Of a stretch of DNA of 64,000 bases, positions 59,763 through 64,000 are shown in pieces. Both the position numbers and the translations under genes were made by a program. The first letter of the stretch is position 1. Every line of letters begins with the position of its first letter. The notes below the pieces were generated by a model. That model ran no database searches. It was not told the DNA's origin and saw nothing but the letters and a program-made list of their open reading frames with translations. The DNA is taken from the NCBI GenBank assembly GCA_027489455.1, contig JAIXZR010000215.1, positions 9,740-73,739 on the forward strand, given 5' to 3'. Source of the stretch: Rubrivivax sp. Lineage in GTDB: Bacteria; Pseudomonadota; Gammaproteobacteria; Burkholderiales; Burkholderiaceae_C.

Positions 59763-62197
59763 GCGGCCGGCCGCGCAGGCGTGGCCCACCGCCAATGGCG
59801 GATCTCGGGCAGGTCCTCGCCATGCCGTTCGATGTAGTGCCGGTGTTCGATCAGCTTGTCGTGGGTGAACTGCCGGAGATAGGCGCCCTGGCTGCCCAGC
59901 GCCAGCCGGTCCGGCAGGCAGTCCAGCACCTTCTGCACGAGGTGGAAGCGGTCGAGATCGTTCTGCACCCGGATGTCGAACGGGGTGGTGAAGGTGCACT
60001 CTTCCTTGTAGCCATGCACGTGCAGTCGGCGGTTCGTGCGGCGGTAGGTCAGCTGATGCACCAGCGCCGGGTAGCCGTGGAAGGCGAAGACGATGGGCTT
60101 GTCGCGGGTGAACAAGGCGTCGTAGTCGGCATCGTCCAGCCCGTGCGGGTGCACGCTGGCCGACTGCAGCTTCATCAGGTCGACGACGTTGACGACCCGC
60201 AGCTTCAGCGCCGGCAGGTGCTGGCGCAGCAAGGCGCTGGCGGCCAGGATCTCCAGCGTCGGTGTGTCGCCGCAGCAGGCCAGCACGACATCGGGTTCGC
60301 TGTCCTGCTGCGCGCCGCCTTCGGCGCTCCAGTCGTTGCTGGCCCAGCGCCAGATGCCGATGCCTTCGGTGCAGTGGGCCACCGCCGCGTCCATCGTCAG
60401 CCACTGCGGCATGGCGTGCTTGCCGGCGATCACCACATTGACGAGGTTGCGCGTACGCAGGCAATGGTCGGTCACCGACAGCAGGCAGTTGGCATCGGGC
60501 GGCAGGACAACGCGCACGATGTCGGCCTTCTTGTTGACGACGTGGTCGATGAAGCCCGGGTCCTGGTGGGTGAAGCCGTTGTGGTCCTGCTGCCAGACGT
60601 GCGAGGTGAGCAGGTAGTTCAGTGACGCGATCGGCCGCCGCCAGGGCAGTTCTCGTGTCACCTTCAGCCACTTGGCGTGCTGGCTGACCATCGAGTCGAT
60701 GATGCGGATGAAGGCCTCGTAGCTGTTGAACAGGCCGTGGCGGCCCGTCAGCAGGTAGCCCTCGAGCCAGCCCTGGCACTGGTGTTCGCTCAGCATCGCG
60801 TCGAGCACCCGGCCGTCGGCGGCCAGGAACTCGTCGCTCGCCAGCGTCTGGGCGTCCCACTGCCGGCCCGTCACTTCGAACACAGCGCCCAGCAGGTTCG
60901 ACAACGTTTCATCGGGCCCGAAGAGGCGGAAGTTGCGCGTGGCCTGGTTGCGCGCCACCACATCGCGCAGGAAGCCGCCGAGCACGCGCGTGTCCTGCTG
61001 CTGCGTGGCGCCGGGTGCTGTCACGGTGACCGCGTGATCGCGGAAATCGGGCCACTGCAGGTCGCGCAACAGCAGGCCGCCATTGGCGTGCGGGTTGGCG
61101 CCCATGCGGCGGTCGCCCGTGGGGGCCAGGGCGGCCAGTTCGGGCCGCAGGCGGCCCGCGTCGTCGAACAGCTCTTCAGGCCGGTAGCGCTTCATCCAGG
61201 CTTCGAGCAAGGGCAGGTGCGCCGGAAACTCGGCACTCACGATCAAGGGCACGACGTGCGAGCGGAAGGTGTTCTCGATCTGCACACCGTCCACCGCGGC
61301 CGGCCCGGTCCAGCCCTTGGGGCTGCGCAGCACGATCATCGGCCAGCAGGGCCGGGGCTTCTGCCGGCCAGCTGCACCCGGGCCGCGCGCATCGCGCTGG
61401 GTCTGCTGGATCTGGTCGACAGCCTGGTCGATGGCCGCAGCCATGCGCTGGTGCATGGCCAGCGGCTCGTCACCCTCGACGAAGATCGGCGTCCAGCCGC
61501 ACCCCAGGAAGAAGTGTCCTAGCTCGTCATGGCTGATGCGGGCCAGCACCGCGGGGTTGCTGATCTTGAAGCCGTTGAGGTGCAGGATGGGCAGCACCGC
61601 GCCGTCGGTGGCGGCGTTCAGGAACTTGGTCGAATGCCAGGCCGTGGCCAGCGGGCCGGTCTCGGCCTCGCCATCGCCGACCACGCAGGCGACGATCAGG
61701 TCAGGGTTGTCGAAGGCGGCACCGAAGGCGTGGCTGAGCGAATAGCCGAGCTCGCCGCCCTCATGGATCGAGCCCGGTGTGCTGGGCGCCACATGGCTGC
61801 TGATGCCGCCCGGGAACGAGAACTGCCTGAACAGCGTCTTCAGCCCGGCCGCGTCTTGCGTCACGCCGGGGTAGACCTCGCTCCAGGTGCCTTCCAGGTA
61901 GACGTTGCCCACCACGGCGGCGCCGCCGTGGCCCGGCCCGGAGATGTAGATCATGTTCAGGTCGTGCTGCCGGATCGCGCGGTTCAGGTGCGCATAAATG
62001 AAGTTCTGGCCCGGCACGGTGCCCCAGTGGCCCACCTGCGGCTTGATGTGCGCCAGCGCCAGCGGCTCGCGCAGCAGCGGGTTGTCGCGCAGATAGATCT
62101 GCCCCACCGCCAGGTAGTTGGCGGCCCGCCAATAGGCATCGAGCTTGTCGAGCAGGTCGGGCGGCAGCGTTGGGGGGGTCATGTTCAGGTCTGGCAT
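59759..62197 (-). CDS. xfp: Phosphoketolase (XFP family)
   Basis: [48 protein letters not shown]; start uncertain (62182-62227). Confidence 0.95.
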   Translation of the reverse strand: MPDLNMTPPTLPPDLLDKLDAYWRAANYLAVGQIYLRDNPLLREPLALAHIKPQVGHWGTVPGQNFIYAHLNRAIRQHDLNMIYISGPGHGGAAVVGNVYLEGTWSEVYPGVTQDAAGLKTLFRQFSFPGGISSHVAPSTPGSIHEGGELGYSLSHAFGAAFDNPDLIVACVVGDGEAETGPLATAWHSTKFLNAATDGAVLPILHLNGFKISNPAVLARISHDELGHFFLGCGWTPIFVEGDEPLAMHQRMAAAIDQAVDQIQQTQRDARGPGAAGRQKPRPCWPMIVLRSPKGWTGPAAVDGVQIENTFRSHVVPLIVSAEFPAHLPLLEAWMKRYRPEELFDDAGRLRPELAALAPTGDRRMGANPHANGGLLLRDLQWPDFRDHAVTVTAPGATQQQDTRVLGGFLRDVVARNQATRNFRLFGPDETLSNLLGAVFEVTGRQWDAQTLASDEFLAADGRVLDAMLSEHQCQGWLEGYLLTGRHGLFNSYEAFIRIIDSMVSQHAKWLKVTRELPWRRPIASLNYLLTSHVWQQDHNGFTHQDPGFIDHVVNKKADIVRVVLPPDANCLLSVTDHCLRTRNLVNVVIAGKHAMPQWLTMDAAVAHCTEGIGIWRWASNDWSAEGGAQQDSEPDVVLACCGDTPTLEILAASALLRQHLPALKLRVVNVVDLMKLQSASVHPHGLDDADYDALFTRDKPIVFAFHGYPALVHQLTYRRTNRRLHVHGYKEECTFTTPFDIRVQNDLDRFHLVQKVLDCLPDRLALGSQGAYLRQFTHDKLIEHRHYIERHGEDLPEIRHWRWATPARPAA

Positions 62198-62257
62198 GGC
62201 GCGGGTTGCGCAACGTGTCGCCACCACCCAGGCGGGTGGGCCGGGTGGGCAAGCTGC

Positions 62258-62373
62258 AAGGTAGGTCGTCGCGCGGGCTGCGTCTGTGCGCTGGTGAACA
62301 CGCGCCGGCGCCGGGCCGGCGTGCCTGGCAGTACGTCAGCGAACAGACGCCGCCGGGCGCCCGCCACCACAGT
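62258..62373. promoter_or_regulatory. Divergent promoters with GTnCG-N4-CGnAC boxes (62286-62299, 62331-62344)
   Basis: GTGCGctggTGAAC 22 nt from TACCTT (minus); GTACGtcagCGAAC 23 nt from CACAGT (plus). Confidence 0.7.
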
Positions 62374-62440
62374 GGAAGCCAGCCGAACCGATCGCATCCC
62401 GCTGATGCCGACGGGGTGGCCACTGCAAAGGACCTTCCAG

Positions 62441-63253
62441 ATGCTTCGCAACCTGAACGACCTCGAGAACTACGCGATCCTTGCCACCGATGGCGAGATC
62501 GGACATGTCAAGGATTTCTACTTCCAGGACGATGCCTGGGTGGTCCGCTACTTCGTGGTCGACGCGGGGACCTGGCTCACCAGCCGCAAGGTGTTGATCT
62601 CGCCCATCTCGGTTCACCATCCGGATTGGCTGGCGCGCACGCTGCCGGTCTCCATCACCCGGCAGCAGGTCAAGAACAGCCCGGACATCGACACCGACAT
62701 GCCGGTGTCCCGGCAGAACGAAACGCAGGTCCTGGGCTACTACGGCTACCCGGCCTACTGGGACGGCGCGGGCCTGTGGGGTGGCGGGCTGTACCCCGAA
62801 GCGATGGCCCCGGGCTTCGCCGGCTACGGCATCGACCGCGTTGAACGCGAGCGCGAACTGGAGGCCTACCTGCGCGACGAGCGCGCACGCCACCGCAACG
62901 ACGACCCGCACCTGCGCAGTTGCAAGGCCGTCACCGGCTACCACATCCATGCGACCGATGGCGACATCGGTCATGTGTCGGGCTTCCTGGTGGACGACGA
63001 CACCTGGGCCATCCGCTACCTGGTGGTCGACACCAGCAACTGGTGGGTCGGCCACGAGGTGCTGATCGCACCGCCGTGGATCCAGGGCGTCCACTGGTCC
63101 GACCAGACCGTCGCCATCGACCTGAGCCGTGATGCGATCAAGAACGCACCGCCCTACGACTCGACCAGCGATTGGGGGCGCGACCAGGCATCGGGCCGGG
63201 TCTGGCCTGACGGCCGCAACGGGTACTGGGCCCGCAACACCGTGGCGGACTGA
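62441..63253 (+). CDS. Tandem PRC-barrel domain protein
   Basis: Two copies of ATDGxIGHVxxFxxxDxxWxxRYxVVD. Confidence 0.88.
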   Translation: MLRNLNDLENYAILATDGEIGHVKDFYFQDDAWVVRYFVVDAGTWLTSRKVLISPISVHHPDWLARTLPVSITRQQVKNSPDIDTDMPVSRQNETQVLGYYGYPAYWDGAGLWGGGLYPEAMAPGFAGYGIDRVERERELEAYLRDERARHRNDDPHLRSCKAVTGYHIHATDGDIGHVSGFLVDDDTWAIRYLVVDTSNWWVGHEVLIAPPWIQGVHWSDQTVAIDLSRDAIKNAPPYDSTSDWGRDQASGRVWPDGRNGYWARNTVAD

Positions 63254-63260
63254 AGCCGCC

Positions 63261-63413
63261 ATGGACCAGCGGTGCATCGACACCTTGCGCGCGCTGTCCA
63301 TCGACCAGGTGCAGAAGGCCAACGCCGGCCAACTGGGCACGCCCATCGGGACGGCCCCCACTGTCTACACGCTGTGGCAGCGTTTCATGCCCTGCACGCG
63401 GTCACGGGCCTGA
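63261..63413 (+). pseudogene. tkt: Transketolase N-terminal fragment
   Basis: MDQRCIDTLRALSIDQVQKANAGQLGTPIG...YTLWQRF resembles the transketolase start (SGHPG degenerated); stops after 50 codons. Confidence 0.75.
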
Positions 63414-64000
63414 GAGGCTGGTCGCACAGCGCCCAGGCATGCCGTGCGATCTGTTCGTCTTCCTGCGACAGCAGGACCTGCGCCGCGCAAGCTGATCCGT
63501 CTCCGGTGATCAGGCCCAGGCCGCGCCTGTTCCTGGCGGGGTCCAGGTCGACGCCCAGGCTGGCCAGGTGCGCGCAGATCATCGCGCGAACCCGTTCGTC
63601 GTGTTCGCCGATCCCACCGGTGAAGACGATCTGGTCGACGCCTCCCAGTGCCATGCTCATGGCGCCCAGTTCCTTGGCGACGCCGTAGCAGAACATGTCG
63701 ATGGCCAGCCTGGCGTCGGGGTTCGCCCCTGACGCGTCGTGCAGTGCCCGCATGTCGCCACTGAGGCCCGAGACGCCCAGCAGGCCGCAGTGGTGGTCCA
63801 CCAGGTCCTCGATCGCTGCGGCGTCCAGCTTCATCTCCCGCATCAGGTGGACGAGCACACCGGGGTCCAGATCGCCACTGCGCGATCCCATCATCAGCCC
63901 GCCGGTGGGCGTCAGGCCCATGCTGGTGTCGATCGAGATGCCGCGGCGCACGGCCGTGATGCTGGCGCCGTTGCCCAGATGGGCAATGAGCAGCCGCTCG
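63385..64000 (-). CDS. ackA: Acetate/propionate kinase, C-terminal part (start beyond window)
   Basis: AHLGNGASITA, SMGLTPTGGLMMGSRSGDLDPG, GLLGVSG, VFTGGIGE, EDEQIA. Confidence 0.92.
   Translation of the reverse strand, partial: ERLLIAHLGNGASITAVRRGISIDTSMGLTPTGGLMMGSRSGDLDPGVLVHLMREMKLDAAAIEDLVDHHCGLLGVSGLSGDMRALHDASGANPDARLAIDMFCYGVAKELGAMSMALGGVDQIVFTGGIGEHDERVRAMICAHLASLGVDLDPARNRRGLGLITGDGSACAAQVLLSQEDEQIARHAWALCDQPLRPVTACRA

Overview
High-GC, Burkholderiales-like DNA in two halves split by an initiator tRNA-Met (32521-32597). Left half (1-32.4 kb, all minus strand): an MSHA-type type IV pilus locus in the order mshE-mshG-mshA-mshC-mshD-mshO-mshP, then a beta-barrel/MCP gene pair, then a giant 6856-aa repetitive protein with an MshQ-like C-terminus, then mshI/pilN-like/mshJ/mshK. 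Three sigma28 (FliA)-like promoters precede mshE, mshA and the barrel-MCP pair. Right half (32.6-64 kb): a probable tRNA-integrated island starting with three integrase arm-like repeats and a small defence block (SBD-HNH nuclease, HIT, hipBA). A metabolic/stress block follows: oleate hydratase plus a molybdoenzyme operon, aldehyde dehydrogenase-arcDABC, SDR, BON, MgtA, CbpA/M, P-type ATPase, phosphatase-peroxiredoxin, aldolase, phosphoketolase, PRC-barrel and acetate kinase. All three divergent intergenic regions of this block carry a GTnCG-N4-CGnAC palindrome at class II CRP/FNR spacing from a -10-like element. Several island genes show decay. All family calls come from motif recognition by eye; no database searches were run.
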